A DNA stretch of 62,628 nucleotides, counting the filler. It is 3 parts of 3 records of this genome, joined end to end, with 100 filler letters (N's around TTAATTAATTAA, not from the genome) between each part and the next. Parts side by side here need not be neighbours in the genome. Positions count along the whole stretch, not along the records: positions 1 to 29,444 come from SRR22947727_489; positions 29,545 to 56,067 come from SRR22947727_496; 1 more part is not named here. One strand, 5' to 3'. Shown in pieces: positions 18,994 through 31,079 of this stretch (position 1 is its first letter; every line of letters starts with the position of its first letter). Below the pieces are notes generated by a model. That model saw only the letters and a list, made by a program, of their open reading frames with translations, did no database searches and was not told the DNA's origin. Position numbers and translations under genes: made by a program.

Positions 18994-19979
18994 AAAAAAA
19001 ACTATTAATAATATTGTCTTCTATAATATTTTTAGGTTTTGTTGTTTATGGGGTTGCAGGGTTTTATGTTGCCTATAGTATTCTTAAAATAGATCATACA
19101 TGTGGCTGGCATGAAAATTCAAAACCTAATTCTTGGAACACTAAAATTGACGCTCATGAATATTCAAATTTATCAAGAAGTAGATTGAGAGATAACTTTC
19201 CTACAAATGAATACCATCTTGATGAATGGCAAAATGTATATTTTCCTTCTAGAGAAAAAGGTATTCAGCTTAATGGATGGTTGTTTAATTATTATCCAGA
19301 CCGTCCAATTGTCGTAGTTGTTCATGGCATTTATCCAAATGGTAAATGTAAACCTGAGTCGAACTTAATTGCCAGTTTATTAATTCAAGAAGGTATCAAT
19401 GCCTTGACTATTGATTTACGTAATTACGGCCAAAGTGATATTGTAAGTAGTTATGAAGATCTTGGCTTAAAATCTTATAATGATGTTTTAGGGGCTTATG
19501 ACTTTTTAAAAAAGATTGGCTTTGATAGCAATAGTATTGGTCTTCATGGCATTTCATTAGGGGCAGTTCCAGTAATTTTTGCAGCGAATAAAGAAAAAGA
19601 TATCAGCGCTATATGGGCTGATAGTTCTCTCGCTGAGTTTAGTATGGTTCTTCAAGATGAAATTGCTCGTTACGGTTTATCTATTGAGTTCGGACCTGCT
19701 GTTAGTTTTTTTGGAAAATTATTATCCGGTGTTGATCCTATTGATTTAAACCCTGCAGAGAAATTAACAAATAATCAAAACTATTTTTTTACCCATGGTG
19801 ATAAAGATCAAAGAATGTTGGTTCGACACTATCATTATTTTAAAAAATACGCTGAGGAGAATAAAATAAAAGCTCAATTTTGGTTAGCTGAGAACTCATA
19901 TCATGTAGATGGAATGTTTAAATACCCAGACTTATATGCAACAAAAATGAGAGATTTTTTTGAAACTAATCTAAAATAA
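18990..19979 (+). CDS. membrane-anchored alpha/beta hydrolase
   Basis: N-terminal TM segment, VHG, DLRNYGQS, GISLG nucleophile elbow, HGDKD, C-terminal His. Confidence 0.82.
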   Translation: MKKKLLIILSSIIFLGFVVYGVAGFYVAYSILKIDHTCGWHENSKPNSWNTKIDAHEYSNLSRSRLRDNFPTNEYHLDEWQNVYFPSREKGIQLNGWLFNYYPDRPIVVVVHGIYPNGKCKPESNLIASLLIQEGINALTIDLRNYGQSDIVSSYEDLGLKSYNDVLGAYDFLKKIGFDSNSIGLHGISLGAVPVIFAANKEKDISAIWADSSLAEFSMVLQDEIARYGLSIEFGPAVSFFGKLLSGVDPIDLNPAEKLTNNQNYFFTHGDKDQRMLVRHYHYFKKYAEENKIKAQFWLAENSYHVDGMFKYPDLYATKMRDFFETNLK

Positions 19980-19982
19980 AAA

Positions 19983-20121
19983 AGTCGGATTGTCTTTGCT
20001 AGTTTGTACCTTGGCAGACACTTCTCTAGTAAAAAAACTCGGTAATCATCAAACGGCGGGTAAGATGAAAACAATTTCTAGGCGTTCCTCCGAAGCAAAG
20101 AAAGTGAGTTACAATCCGACT
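19983..20121 (-). ncRNA. candidate ~140-nt structured non-coding RNA (possibly 6S-like; family unassigned)
   Basis: 11-bp terminal inverted repeat AGTCGGATTGT/ACAATCCGACT, inner CTTTGCT/AGCAAAG, CTAG/CTAG and TCATC/GATGA stems. Minus-strand TTGAAT-N17-TAATCA upstream and a T-tract directly downstream; more GC-rich than the flanks. Confidence 0.5.
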
Positions 20122-20222
20122 AAGCACTGATTACAACCAATAGATTATAAATTCAACTTTTAGAGGGTAATTTTCTTTAATTTATGCTGAATTTTAAAGA
20201 AATATTATTAGTAAAATATAAT

Positions 20223-20243
20223 CTATCCACAGACTTATGCACA
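20223..20243 (+). promoter_or_regulatory. two tandem DnaA-box-like 9-mers
   Basis: CTATCCACA (20223-20231) and TTATGCACA (20235-20243), 3 bp apart, next to an AT-rich stretch. Confidence 0.35.
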
Positions 20244-20345
20244 TTTATAAAACTATCCTTAAGCTCGTGTAATTCATGATTTTTTTTGAATTTCTGCAAA
20301 AAAAATATACTTAGAAGATATAAAGTTTCTGTTTTACAATATAAA

Positions 20346-20717
20346 ATGTCTTTGAATCGCCCTTTATCCCCACACCTCTCGATACATAAGAAGGTTTTAA
20401 CAGCAGTTTTCTCTATTTTTCATAGATTTACTGGTATTTGTCTGAGTTTAGGCGCAATTTTATTATCTGTGTGGATCATTCTAATTGCACTAGGCCCTGA
20501 TTATTATTCTAAATTTCAGAGTTTAAGTTCTTTAATTTTTTTCAAGATATTTTTATTTCTTTGGACACTTACAATTTTTTATCATCTTTATAATGGAATA
20601 AGATATTTGTTCTGGAGTTATGGCAAAATGATGGAGTTAAGTACAGTTTATAAGTCTGGTTATGTGGTAATTGTTTTATCAATTATATCAACAATTCTAG
20701 TTTGGATTTCTATATGA
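20346..20717 (+). CDS. sdhC: succinate dehydrogenase cytochrome b556 subunit
   Basis: NRPLSPHL, SIFHRFTG, H..NGIR; start MSLNRP at 20346. Confidence 0.95.
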   Translation: MSLNRPLSPHLSIHKKVLTAVFSIFHRFTGICLSLGAILLSVWIILIALGPDYYSKFQSLSSLIFFKIFLFLWTLTIFYHLYNGIRYLFWSYGKMMELSTVYKSGYVVIVLSIISTILVWISI

Positions 20718-21046
20718 AAAATTATACGTCTAAGTGGATAATGCAGCGGTTAACCGCTGTTATATTAATACCACTCACTTTTTGGTTTGTGTATCAGTGT
20801 GTTCTTCTTTCAAATTATGAATATGATCAAATTAAATCTTTTTTCTTTTCAAAAATAAATGCCTCACTTTTTTTTGTTTTAATAATTGCGATGCTCTATC
20901 ATGCTAAGCTAGGTAATGAGACTATTGTTGAAGATTATGTCACATCAGTTAATTTAAAAAAAATTACTAAATTATCTATAAGCGTATTAACTTATACATG
21001 TATGATATTAACAACCATTTCTCTTTTTTATATAATTAGTTCATGA
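20714..21046 (+). CDS. sdhD: succinate dehydrogenase membrane anchor subunit
   Basis: [20 protein letters not shown]. Confidence 0.93.
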   Translation: MKNYTSKWIMQRLTAVILIPLTFWFVYQCVLLSNYEYDQIKSFFFSKINASLFFVLIIAMLYHAKLGNETIVEDYVTSVNLKKITKLSISVLTYTCMILTTISLFYIISS

Positions 21047-22836
21047 GCAAATCATATCAGATAACAGACCATCATTATGATGTTGTAGTAGTTGGAGCGG
21101 GAGGTTCTGGATTACGAGCAACGCTTGGCTCAGCAGAAGCTGGTTTAAAAACAGCATGTATTTCAAAGGTTTTTCCAACAAGAAGTCATACGGTTGCAGC
21201 TCAAGGAGGTATTGGTGCAGCTTTAGGCAATATGGGAGATGATAATTGGAAATGGCACATGTACGATACTGTTAAAGGCTCTGATTGGTTGGGCGATCAA
21301 GATGCTATTGAGTATTTATGTTCAAATGCACCTGAAGCAGTAATTGAACTTGAAGAATACGGAATGCCATTTAGCAGAACAGATGATGGAAAAATTTATC
21401 AACGACCATTTGGTGGTCACCTAACTAATAATGGGGAAGGTGCACCAGCAATGCGAGCGTGTGCAGCAGCCGATAGAACAGGACATGCTCTTCTTCATAC
21501 TCTCTACCAGCAGTCACTTAAACACAATGTAGAGTTTTTTATAGAATATTTTGTTTTAGATTTAGTGATGGATAAAGAGGGAAGCTGCAAAGGTGTTGTT
21601 GCGTGGTGTTTAGAGGATGGAACAATACATAGATTTTTATCACATCAAACAATTCTTGCCACAGGAGGATATGGAAGGGCGTACTTTTCATCCACAAGCG
21701 CTCATATTTGTACAGGTGACGGAAGCGCAATGGCTTTAAGACAAAATCTACCTTTATCTGATATGGAATTTATTCAATTTCATCCAACAGGAGTTTACGG
21801 GGCAGGTGTTTTAATCACGGAAGGTGCTAGAGGTGAAGGGGGCTATTTAACGAACAGTGATGGTGAGAGGTTCATGGAGCGATATGCTCCTAACGCTAAA
21901 GATTTAGCATCAAGAGATGTAGTAAGCCGAGCTATGACAATCGAGGTAAATGAAAATAGAGGGTGTGGAGAAAATGCTGATCATGTTCTTTTACACCTTG
22001 AGCATATTGATGCTGCAACTCTTCATAAAAGATTACCTGGTATTTCAGAAACGGCAAAAATTTTTGCAGGTGTAGATTTAACGAAAGAACCAATTCCCGT
22101 ACTACCTACTGTTCATTATAATATGGGTGGCATTCCTACAAATCACAGAACTGAAGTACTTCGACCAACTGAAGATAATCCTGATAATGTATGTGAAGGG
22201 TTATTAGCAGTTGGGGAAGCGGCATGCGTATCTGTTCATGGAGCTAACAGATTAGGGACAAACTCTTTAATTGATCTTGTTGTGTTTGGAAAAGCCTCAA
22301 GCATCACAGCTAAAGAAAAAATAAAACCTAACAGCAAGGCTATAGATATTGATGCAAGCACACTAGATCCAATTTTAGATCGCTTTGATAAAATTAGGTT
22401 TAATAAAGGAGACAGTTCAACTGGTGAAGTGAGAACTTCGATGCAAAAAGTTATGCAAGAAAAATGTGCTGTTTTTAGAACTGAAGAATTAATCTCTAAA
22501 GGGATAGAAGAGTTTAACCAAATTGAAAGTTCTATGGATAATATTGACGTAAAAGATAAATCTATGATTTTTAATACAGACTTAACTGAGTCTCTAGAGC
22601 TACATAATTTAATGGCTCAATCAAAAGTCACTCTTCACTCTGCATTAAATAGAACAGAGAGTAGAGGTGCTCACGCGAGAGAAGATCACCAAGATAGAGA
22701 TGACTCAAACTGGTTGGTTCATTCTCTATCATGGCTTGACAGCAATGGTGACGTCAAAATGGGAAAAAGACCAGTACACATGAATACTCTTACCAATCAT
22801 GTTCAGCCTATTCCTCCGAAAAAAAGAGTTTATTAA
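21043..22836 (+). CDS. sdhA: succinate dehydrogenase flavoprotein subunit
   Basis: [43 protein letters not shown]. Confidence 0.98.
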   Translation: MSKSYQITDHHYDVVVVGAGGSGLRATLGSAEAGLKTACISKVFPTRSHTVAAQGGIGAALGNMGDDNWKWHMYDTVKGSDWLGDQDAIEYLCSNAPEAVIELEEYGMPFSRTDDGKIYQRPFGGHLTNNGEGAPAMRACAAADRTGHALLHTLYQQSLKHNVEFFIEYFVLDLVMDKEGSCKGVVAWCLEDGTIHRFLSHQTILATGGYGRAYFSSTSAHICTGDGSAMALRQNLPLSDMEFIQFHPTGVYGAGVLITEGARGEGGYLTNSDGERFMERYAPNAKDLASRDVVSRAMTIEVNENRGCGENADHVLLHLEHIDAATLHKRLPGISETAKIFAGVDLTKEPIPVLPTVHYNMGGIPTNHRTEVLRPTEDNPDNVCEGLLAVGEAACVSVHGANRLGTNSLIDLVVFGKASSITAKEKIKPNSKAIDIDASTLDPILDRFDKIRFNKGDSSTGEVRTSMQKVMQEKCAVFRTEELISKGIEEFNQIESSMDNIDVKDKSMIFNTDLTESLELHNLMAQSKVTLHSALNRTESRGAHAREDHQDRDDSNWLVHSLSWLDSNGDVKMGKRPVHMNTLTNHVQPIPPKKRVY

Positions 22837-22838
22837 AA

Positions 22839-23633
22839 ATGGTTGAATTTACTTTACCTGCTAATTCAAAAGTACAAAAAGGCATTAATCATCCAATAAA
22901 AGAAGTTTCAGAAAAACCAAAAAAGGTTGTCATTTATCGTTGGAATCCTGAAGATCAAGATAATCCTCGATTAGATAATTATGAAATTGATTTATCTAAA
23001 TGTGGGCCAATGGTTTTAGATGCTTTAATGAAAATAAAAAATGAAATTGATTCATCACTAACCTTTAGAAGATCTTGTAGAGAAGGTGTTTGTGGTTCAT
23101 GTGCGATGAATATTGATGGTGTAAATACTCTAGCATGTTTAAAGCCTATTGAAGAGGTTAACGGTGAGATTAGAATTTATCCCTTACCTCATATGCCAGT
23201 TGTAAAAGATTTAGTACCTGATCTTAGTAAAGCTTACGAGCAATTAGCTTCTATTAAGCCTTGGTTACAAAGATCAAATGAAAACTCTAATAATATACAA
23301 AATAATTCAGAAGAAAAAAAACAAACACCTAAAGATAGAGAAAAATTAGATGGGCAATGGGAATGCGTTCTATGTTTTTGTTGCACGACGTCCTGCCCTA
23401 GTTATTGGTGGAATAGTGATGAATATCTTGGGCCTGCTGTTTTAATGCAAGCAGCAAGATGGGTGAATGACTCTAGAGATGCTGAAAGAAAAGAAAGATT
23501 GAAAGCGGTAAACGATAAAATGAAACTATATCGATGTCACTCTATTATGAATTGTACCCGGTCATGTCCTAAAGGACTCAATCCTGCTAAAGCCATTGCT
23601 GATTTAAAGAAGGCTATTGTTACAGAATTATAA
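22839..23633 (+). CDS. sdhB: succinate dehydrogenase iron-sulfur subunit
   Basis: [38 protein letters not shown]. Confidence 0.98.
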   Translation: MVEFTLPANSKVQKGINHPIKEVSEKPKKVVIYRWNPEDQDNPRLDNYEIDLSKCGPMVLDALMKIKNEIDSSLTFRRSCREGVCGSCAMNIDGVNTLACLKPIEEVNGEIRIYPLPHMPVVKDLVPDLSKAYEQLASIKPWLQRSNENSNNIQNNSEEKKQTPKDREKLDGQWECVLCFCCTTSCPSYWWNSDEYLGPAVLMQAARWVNDSRDAERKERLKAVNDKMKLYRCHSIMNCTRSCPKGLNPAKAIADLKKAIVTEL

Positions 23634-24605
<972 letters not shown>

Positions 24606-24656
24606 GGAATGAACTGATTTGCATCAGTTAATTGATGCTTTTTATAAGACTAGAAC

Positions 24657-25844
24657 ATGAATATACACGAGTACCAAGCTAAAGAAATTCTCAAAAACTA
24701 TGGATTGCCTGTCTTAAAAGGTAAGTCATACAATAAAAATCTTGAAACACTTGACGCCGATATAAAAGATTTAAAAGGACCGCCTTGGGTTGTGAAATCA
24801 CAAATTCATGCAGGAGGAAGAGGTGCTGGACATTTTAAAAACTCTTTTAATGGCAAAGGTGGTGTTCAAGTTATTTTTGAAAAAAACAATGTATCTTCTG
24901 TAGCCCAATCCATGATGGGTAATGTGTTGGTTACAAAACAAACAGGAGAGATAGGTAAAACAGTAAATCGTATTTTTATTGAAGAAGGGTGTGATATCGA
25001 TAGAGAATTTTATCTTAGTTTGCTCGTTGATAGAAATACTTCAAAAGTAATGATGATGATTTCTGCTGCGGGTGGTATGGATATTGAGGAAGTTGCAATA
25101 ACTAATCCTGAAAAAATCATCAATGTACATTTTACAACGTACAAAGATATTTCTTTAGACGATAGTTTGTTAACAAAACTTGATATAACTAAAAATCAGC
25201 TTGATGAATTAATTTCTATTATTAATAAATTATTAAATGCTTTTACCTCTATTGATGCATCAACAATTGAAATTAATCCATTGGTTTTAAATAAGCAGGG
25301 AAGTTTTGTCATCTTAGATGCAAAAATAAGCTTAGATGATAATGCACTTTTTCGACATCCTGAATTATTAGATTTAAAAGATTTAACAGAAGAAGATCCT
25401 CTTGAGTTGCAGGCAGCAGAGCATGATATGAATTATGTTAAGCTTGATGGATCAATTGGATGCATGGTTAATGGTGCTGGCTTGGCTATGGCAACAATGG
25501 ATATTATTAAACAATTTGGCGAAGAACCTGCGAATTTTTTAGATTTAGGGGGTACAGCAAATAAAGATAGAGTCATTATGGGCTTTAAAACTATTCAATC
25601 AGATCCAAATGTTAAGTCTATTTTGATTAATATTTTTGGAGGAATTATTCACTGTGACATGATTGCTAATGGGATTGTTGATGCGGTTAAAGAACTTGAT
25701 TTTAAACTTCCTTTAGTAGTTCGCTTTCAGGGCACCAACGCAAAAGAAGGAAAAGATAAGATCAATAATTCTGATTTAGGATTAATATCCATTGATGATT
25801 TTACTGAAGCAGCAAAAAAAGTAGTTGAGTTGGCTAAAGGATAA
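24657..25844 (+). CDS. sucC: succinyl-CoA synthetase beta subunit
   Basis: [37 protein letters not shown]. Confidence 0.97.
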   Translation: MNIHEYQAKEILKNYGLPVLKGKSYNKNLETLDADIKDLKGPPWVVKSQIHAGGRGAGHFKNSFNGKGGVQVIFEKNNVSSVAQSMMGNVLVTKQTGEIGKTVNRIFIEEGCDIDREFYLSLLVDRNTSKVMMMISAAGGMDIEEVAITNPEKIINVHFTTYKDISLDDSLLTKLDITKNQLDELISIINKLLNAFTSIDASTIEINPLVLNKQGSFVILDAKISLDDNALFRHPELLDLKDLTEEDPLELQAAEHDMNYVKLDGSIGCMVNGAGLAMATMDIIKQFGEEPANFLDLGGTANKDRVIMGFKTIQSDPNVKSILINIFGGIIHCDMIANGIVDAVKELDFKLPLVVRFQGTNAKEGKDKINNSDLGLISIDDFTEAAKKVVELAKG

Positions 25845-25846
25845 TT

Positions 25847-26731
25847 ATGTCGATTATTATAAATAAAAATACAAAAGTTATATGCCAAGGCTTTACTGGG
25901 TCACAAGGAACATATCATTCTCAACAAGCAATAGATTATGGAACACAAATGGTTGGAGGGGTAACTCCAGGGAAAGGTGGATCAACACATTTAGGCTTGC
26001 CTGTTTTTAATACAGTGAAAGAAGCGAAAGATCATACGCAAGCAGACGCTACTGTTATTTATGTTCCCGCAAAATTTGCAACACAGGCTATTCATGAAGC
26101 ACTAGATGCAAAGATAAAAATTATTACCTGTATCACGGAGGGAATTCCTGTTCTTGATATGGTGGAGATTAAAAAAAGAATTCTTGAACAAAAAACATAT
26201 TTTATTGGACCTAATTGTCCAGGCTTAGTAACGCCTGGTGAATGTAAGATAGGAATTATGCCAGGATTTATTCATCAACCAGGTAAAATTGGCATAGTCA
26301 GCAGATCTGGTACATTAACATACGAGGCAGTATGGCAAACTTCGCAGGTAGGGCTTGGCCAAACAACTTGTGTTGGTATAGGTGGTGATCCTGTTCACGG
26401 AATGAATTTCATAGATTGTCTTGATTTATTTCTACAAGATGAAGACACAAAAGGGATATTAATGATTGGTGAAATAGGAGGGACGGCTGAAGAAGATGCA
26501 GCCGAATTTATTTCAAAATCATCTATTAAAAAACCTATGTCAGCTTTTATTGCGGGTGTTTCAGCACCTAAAGGCAAAAGAATGGGTCACGCTGGAGCAA
26601 TAATATCTGGGAATAAAGGCACTGCGCAGTCTAAAATTGATGCTCTGCAGGAAGCGAATATTGCTGTAGCGCCGTCTCCTGCTAAAATGGGTGATACAAT
26701 GTTAGCTGAAATGCAAAAAGGGTATAATTGA
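25847..26731 (+). CDS. sucD: succinyl-CoA synthetase alpha subunit
   Basis: [27 protein letters not shown]. Confidence 0.97.
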   Translation: MSIIINKNTKVICQGFTGSQGTYHSQQAIDYGTQMVGGVTPGKGGSTHLGLPVFNTVKEAKDHTQADATVIYVPAKFATQAIHEALDAKIKIITCITEGIPVLDMVEIKKRILEQKTYFIGPNCPGLVTPGECKIGIMPGFIHQPGKIGIVSRSGTLTYEAVWQTSQVGLGQTTCVGIGGDPVHGMNFIDCLDLFLQDEDTKGILMIGEIGGTAEEDAAEFISKSSIKKPMSAFIAGVSAPKGKRMGHAGAIISGNKGTAQSKIDALQEANIAVAPSPAKMGDTMLAEMQKGYN

Positions 26732-26782
26732 ATTTAAAAAGTACTTATATTTCTAAAAGATAATGAGTGTATAAGAATAAAA

Positions 26783-29444
26783 ATGAATGACAGTTTTCTA
26801 AACAGCGCCAATGCACCGTATGTTGCTGAGCTTTACTTTAAGTATACGCAGAATCCTAAAAGTATTGATGACAGTTGGAAAAGTTTTTTTTCCTCATTAA
26901 ATGAAGATGAGTTATCAGTACTTTCCGATTTTGGTGGACCGGAATGGAAGAAACGAGATACCAATGTTATTGATGATATTTCATTTGATAAAGTTGTACG
27001 CTCGTCAGCTAATGTAGATTTTGCTAGTTTCAAAACATCAACATTGGACTCTATTAGAGCACTTCGATTAATTCGTGCTTATCGTGTCAATGGTCATTTA
27101 ATTGCCAATCTTGATCCACTCAATTTACATGAAAAAAATTATCATCCAGAACTCGACTACAGATCATATGGATTTACTGATAACGATCTTGATAGAGAAA
27201 TTTTTGTTGATGGAAGTCTTGGTTTAGAAACTGCAACCTTAGCGGAAATTATAAAAATATTAAATAAAACATACTCCTCATCTATTGGTGTAGAGTTTTT
27301 ACACATTCAATCTGTTGAACAGAAACAATGGGTGCAAGAAAGAATAGAAGAAGTACATAACAAAACTAATTTTACAACTCAGGGTAAAAAAGCAATTTAC
27401 CAACGATTGGTTGAATCAGAATTATTTGAACAATACTTAGATAAGAAATTTCTAGGAACTAAAAGGTATGGAGTCGAAGGTGGAGAGTCTATGATTCCAG
27501 GCATTGAGCAAATTGTTAAACAATCATGTTTGGCTGACGTTCAAGATATTTATTTTGGAACAGCACATCGAGGTAGATTAACATTATTAGCAACCGTATT
27601 AGGGATGCCTTACAGAGGTATTCTATCAAAGTTTCAAGGCAGTTTAAATGATCCAAATGAAGTTCTTGGATCAGGAGATGTTAAATATCATCTAGGAGTA
27701 TCAAGTGATCGAGAGTTTGATGGGAAAACAATACATCTATCTTTAACGCCTAACCCTTCACATTTAGAGGCTGTTGATCCAGTTGTAGCAGGAAAAGTAA
27801 GAGCAAGACAAACTCTTCTTGAAGATAAAATGACAAGTAAAGTATTTGGTCTTCTTATTCACGGTGATGCAGCAATGGCTGGTCAGGGTATTGTGGCTGA
27901 AACTTTTGCCATGTCTCAACTCAGAGGTTTTCGAACTGGAGGAACAATTCATTTTGTCATTAATAATCAAATTGGTTTTACTACAACTCCGCACTATGGT
28001 CGTTCAGCTCCGTATTGTACAGAAATTGCTAAAATGGTTCAGGCACCAATTTTTCATGTAAATGGTGATGATCCTGAGGCAGTTGTTCATGTATGTAGAT
28101 TAGCAGCAGAATATAGAAATTTATTTAAAGAAGACGTTGTAATTGATATGTTTTGCTACAGACGTTCAGGACACAATGAGGCTGATGAACCCATGTTTAC
28201 ACAGCCCTTAATGTATAAAAAAATTAAAAAACACGCAACCACTCTTAATATATATAAAGACCAACTTGTTCGTGAAGAAGTGTTAACAGAAGATGAAGCT
28301 AAATTACGAATTTCAGATTTTAAAAAATTTTTGGATAGTGAATTTGAATTATCAAAATCGTATAAACCAAATAAAGCAGACTGGTTAGATGGAACATGGA
28401 CAGGTTTTAAAACGGCCTCTTTTGATGCACGACGAGGTAAAACTTCCTCTAATGAAGAAGATATTAAATTAATCGCAAAAGAAATACATTCTATCCCAGA
28501 TGAGTTTACACCGCATAAGCGTATAAAAAAAATCTATAATGATCGATATCAATCTATTGTAAATAAACAAAATATTGACTGGGCAACGGCTGAAGCTTTA
28601 GCATTCGCATCTCTTCTTGCGGATGGGTATGGCGTACGTTTATCAGGTCAAGATGTTGGCAGAGGTACCTTTAGTCATCGCCATGCAGTTTTATATGATC
28701 AAGAAAATGAAGAAAGGTTTGTTCCTCTTCGTCACTTTAGAGAGAAGCAAGGGCTCTTTGAAATCGTTGATAGTTTTTTATCTGAATTTGGTGTCCTTGG
28801 TTTTGAATATGGATATTCTCAAGCTGATCCAAAAACGTTAGTTATTTGGGAGGCACAGTTTGGTGATTTCTCTAATGGTGCACAAACTATCATTGATCAA
28901 TTTATTACAACTGGAGAGAGAAAATGGCTGAGAATGTCAGGCTTAACATTATTACTGCCCCATGGTCATGAAGGTCAAGGCCCTGAGCATACAAGTTCAC
29001 GATTAGAACGTTTTTTACAGATGTGTGCAGAAGATAATATACAAGTTGCCAATCCAACAAGTCCTGCAAATTATTTCCATATACTAAGACGTCAAATGTT
29101 AAGAGATTTTCGTAAACCACTTATCTTAATGACACCAAAATCAACCTTAAGACATAAAAATAATACTTCTTCAATAGATCAATTTGTTAACGGCTCAACC
29201 TTCCATAGAGTCTTGAGTGATCGAATTTCTAAGGACTTAAAAAATATGATTGATAGAATTATATTATGTTCTGGAAAAATTTACTTTGAATTACAAGATA
29301 GAATAAATGAATTAAATATAAAAAACATCCATATAGTGCGAGTTGAACAACTCTATCCCTTCCCTTATGAAGCTTTAGAAGAAGAGCTTCAAGAATTTAA
29401 AAATTGTGAAATTTTTTGGTGTCAAGAAGAGCCAAAAAATATGG
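26783..29444 (+). CDS. sucA: 2-oxoglutarate dehydrogenase E1 (truncated at contig end)
   Basis: GDVKYHLG, NPSHLE, HGDAA, GHNE.D, WEAQFGDF, GQGPEH, WCQEEP.N; runs into the N spacer. Confidence 0.97.
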
Positions 29445-29544
29445 NNNNNNNNNNNNNNNNNNNNNNNNNNNNNNNNNNNNNNNNNNNNTTAATTAATTAA
29501 NNNNNNNNNNNNNNNNNNNNNNNNNNNNNNNNNNNNNNNNNNNN
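29445..29544. other. artificial contig-joining spacer
   Basis: 44 N + TTAATTAATTAA (stops in all six frames) + 44 N; gene context and lineage change across it. Confidence 0.97.
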
Positions 29545-29574
29545 AGATGCTCTACCAAACTGAGCTAATCACCC
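29545..29574 (-). tRNA. 5' part of a tRNA, probably tRNA-Val (truncated by contig end)
   Basis: Minus strand GGGTGATTAGCTCAGTTTGGTAGAGCATCT resembles the 5' end of proteobacterial tRNA-Val(UAC); the anticodon is not in the window. Confidence 0.7.
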
Positions 29575-29641
29575 ACGAAGGGTATTATATTGATTAATTG
29601 AAACTATACAAAAGAAATTTTGATATTTAATTAATAGAGAT

Positions 29642-30163
29642 CTAAATATTTTCTACCTCAATTTTCGTTGATTCTTTTACCTCGATTAGATTTCCAGTTT
29701 TACAATCATATATATATCCATATATAGGAATAGACTTCGGCACTAGAGGATTATTTTTTAGAATAAGTATATCTTGGAGAACACTTTTTTCATTATTTTT
29801 AAAAGTTAGCCAGTCTATTTTATTCTTTAAGTCTATATTGAATTCTTTATCGATATCTGAGTTTGAAAATTTTTCCAGGCCACAATCAGTGTGATGAATA
29901 ATAAACCACTCTTTTGTTCCAAGTAACTTATATGATATTAATAGAGAGCGAATCACATCATCTGTCACTCTCCCCCCTGCATTTCTTATAACATGTGCAT
30001 CACCCTCAGATAAACCTGCAAATTTTGCGGGATCTAGCCTTGCATCCATGCAGGTTAATATTGCAAACTTTTTAATTGGCGGAGCCTGTAGATTTCTTTT
30101 ATGATCAAAGTTTTTAGCATAGGTTTTATTTGAAAATAGCACTTCGTTTAAAATTTTTGACAT
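29642..30163 (-). CDS. beta-class carbonic anhydrase (clade D-like)
   Basis: TCMDARL, IRNAGG, HHTDCG zinc-ligand motifs. Confidence 0.9.
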   Translation of the reverse strand: MSKILNEVLFSNKTYAKNFDHKRNLQAPPIKKFAILTCMDARLDPAKFAGLSEGDAHVIRNAGGRVTDDVIRSLLISYKLLGTKEWFIIHHTDCGLEKFSNSDIDKEFNIDLKNKIDWLTFKNNEKSVLQDILILKNNPLVPKSIPIYGYIYDCKTGNLIEVKESTKIEVENI

Positions 30164-30183
30164 ATTTAATCGGTATTTTTCAA

Positions 30184-31062
30184 TTATTTTACTATGCTAA
30201 GCCGAGCCAGGTATATTCCAATAAGAGTAATAAATACAAATATTACCTGTATTAAATTTAAAACCTCTGAAAAAATTAAAGCTGCTAAAATTGTAGCAGT
30301 TAGAGGTTGCATTAATAGGCCAATGGATCCACTAGAAGCAGATATTTTTCCAATGCCAAAAGTTATTAGAAATTGTCCTCCAAACTGACACAAGAATGCT
30401 AAAAGGATTAAATTTACCCACTCAAAATGTGTTTGAGGCCAGGACATACCAGACTCAAAACTCATTGGAATTATTGAAAATAAACAACAAAAGAAAGTTG
30501 TATAAAAAATAATATTTAAAGAGGTTTCTTTGCCCAATCTAGATATTATCAATAAATATATTGCGTAACATGATGCTGCAACCATACATAAAATATCTCC
30601 TAATATTTTTCCATTAGCATAATTATTAGAGAAAATTATTAAGCCAAGAATTCCAATAAAAGTTATAAAAAAAGATAGGATAAATCCCTTCTGAGGTTTT
30701 TCTTTGAAAAACAAATAAGCTAACAGTGCTACAAAAATTGGTGCTGAGTTAACAATTATGGTTGCATTTGATACTGAGGTAATATTCATACTGAAGTGCC
30801 ACAAAGATAAATCAGTTGTAAATGCTAATGAAGCAATTGCTGTATAAAAAATTGTTTTTTTATTTTTAACTCTAAATAATATTTTTTTATTTATCAAAAA
30901 ATTGAAAGCAACTAATAAGGGTATAGCAAGAAACATTCTCCAAAATGAAATTGCTGAAGGTGAAAGATAACTCCATTTAACAAATATTGGAGCAAAACCA
31001 ATTAACATTCCCCCAGTAGCAAGCATTAGAAAATGATTTGTTTCCTGTAAATTCTTAATCAT
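30184..31062 (-). CDS. EamA/DMT family transporter
   Basis: About 10 TM segments; [22 protein letters not shown]....LA..IF.E. Confidence 0.88.
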   Translation of the reverse strand: MIKNLQETNHFLMLATGGMLIGFAPIFVKWSYLSPSAISFWRMFLAIPLLVAFNFLINKKILFRVKNKKTIFYTAIASLAFTTDLSLWHFSMNITSVSNATIIVNSAPIFVALLAYLFFKEKPQKGFILSFFITFIGILGLIIFSNNYANGKILGDILCMVAASCYAIYLLIISRLGKETSLNIIFYTTFFCCLFSIIPMSFESGMSWPQTHFEWVNLILLAFLCQFGGQFLITFGIGKISASSGSIGLLMQPLTATILAALIFSEVLNLIQVIFVFITLIGIYLARLSIVK

Positions 31063-31079
31063 GAAGTTATAATTTGATA

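Noticed and set aside
19983-20121. Minimal RNase P RNA, SRP RNA or retron msr-msd as the identity of the structured element
   Set aside because: GAGGAACGCC and CTAGAGAAGTG loosely recall RNase P conserved regions, but P2 and P4 cannot be paired. The SRP GGAA-loop/AGCAG motif is absent, and no reverse transcriptase lies nearby.
29489-29500. TTAATTAATTAA palindrome (also at 56112-56123) as a biological repeat or att site
   Set aside because: Identical, centred in 44-N flanks and stops all six frames: an assembly linker.
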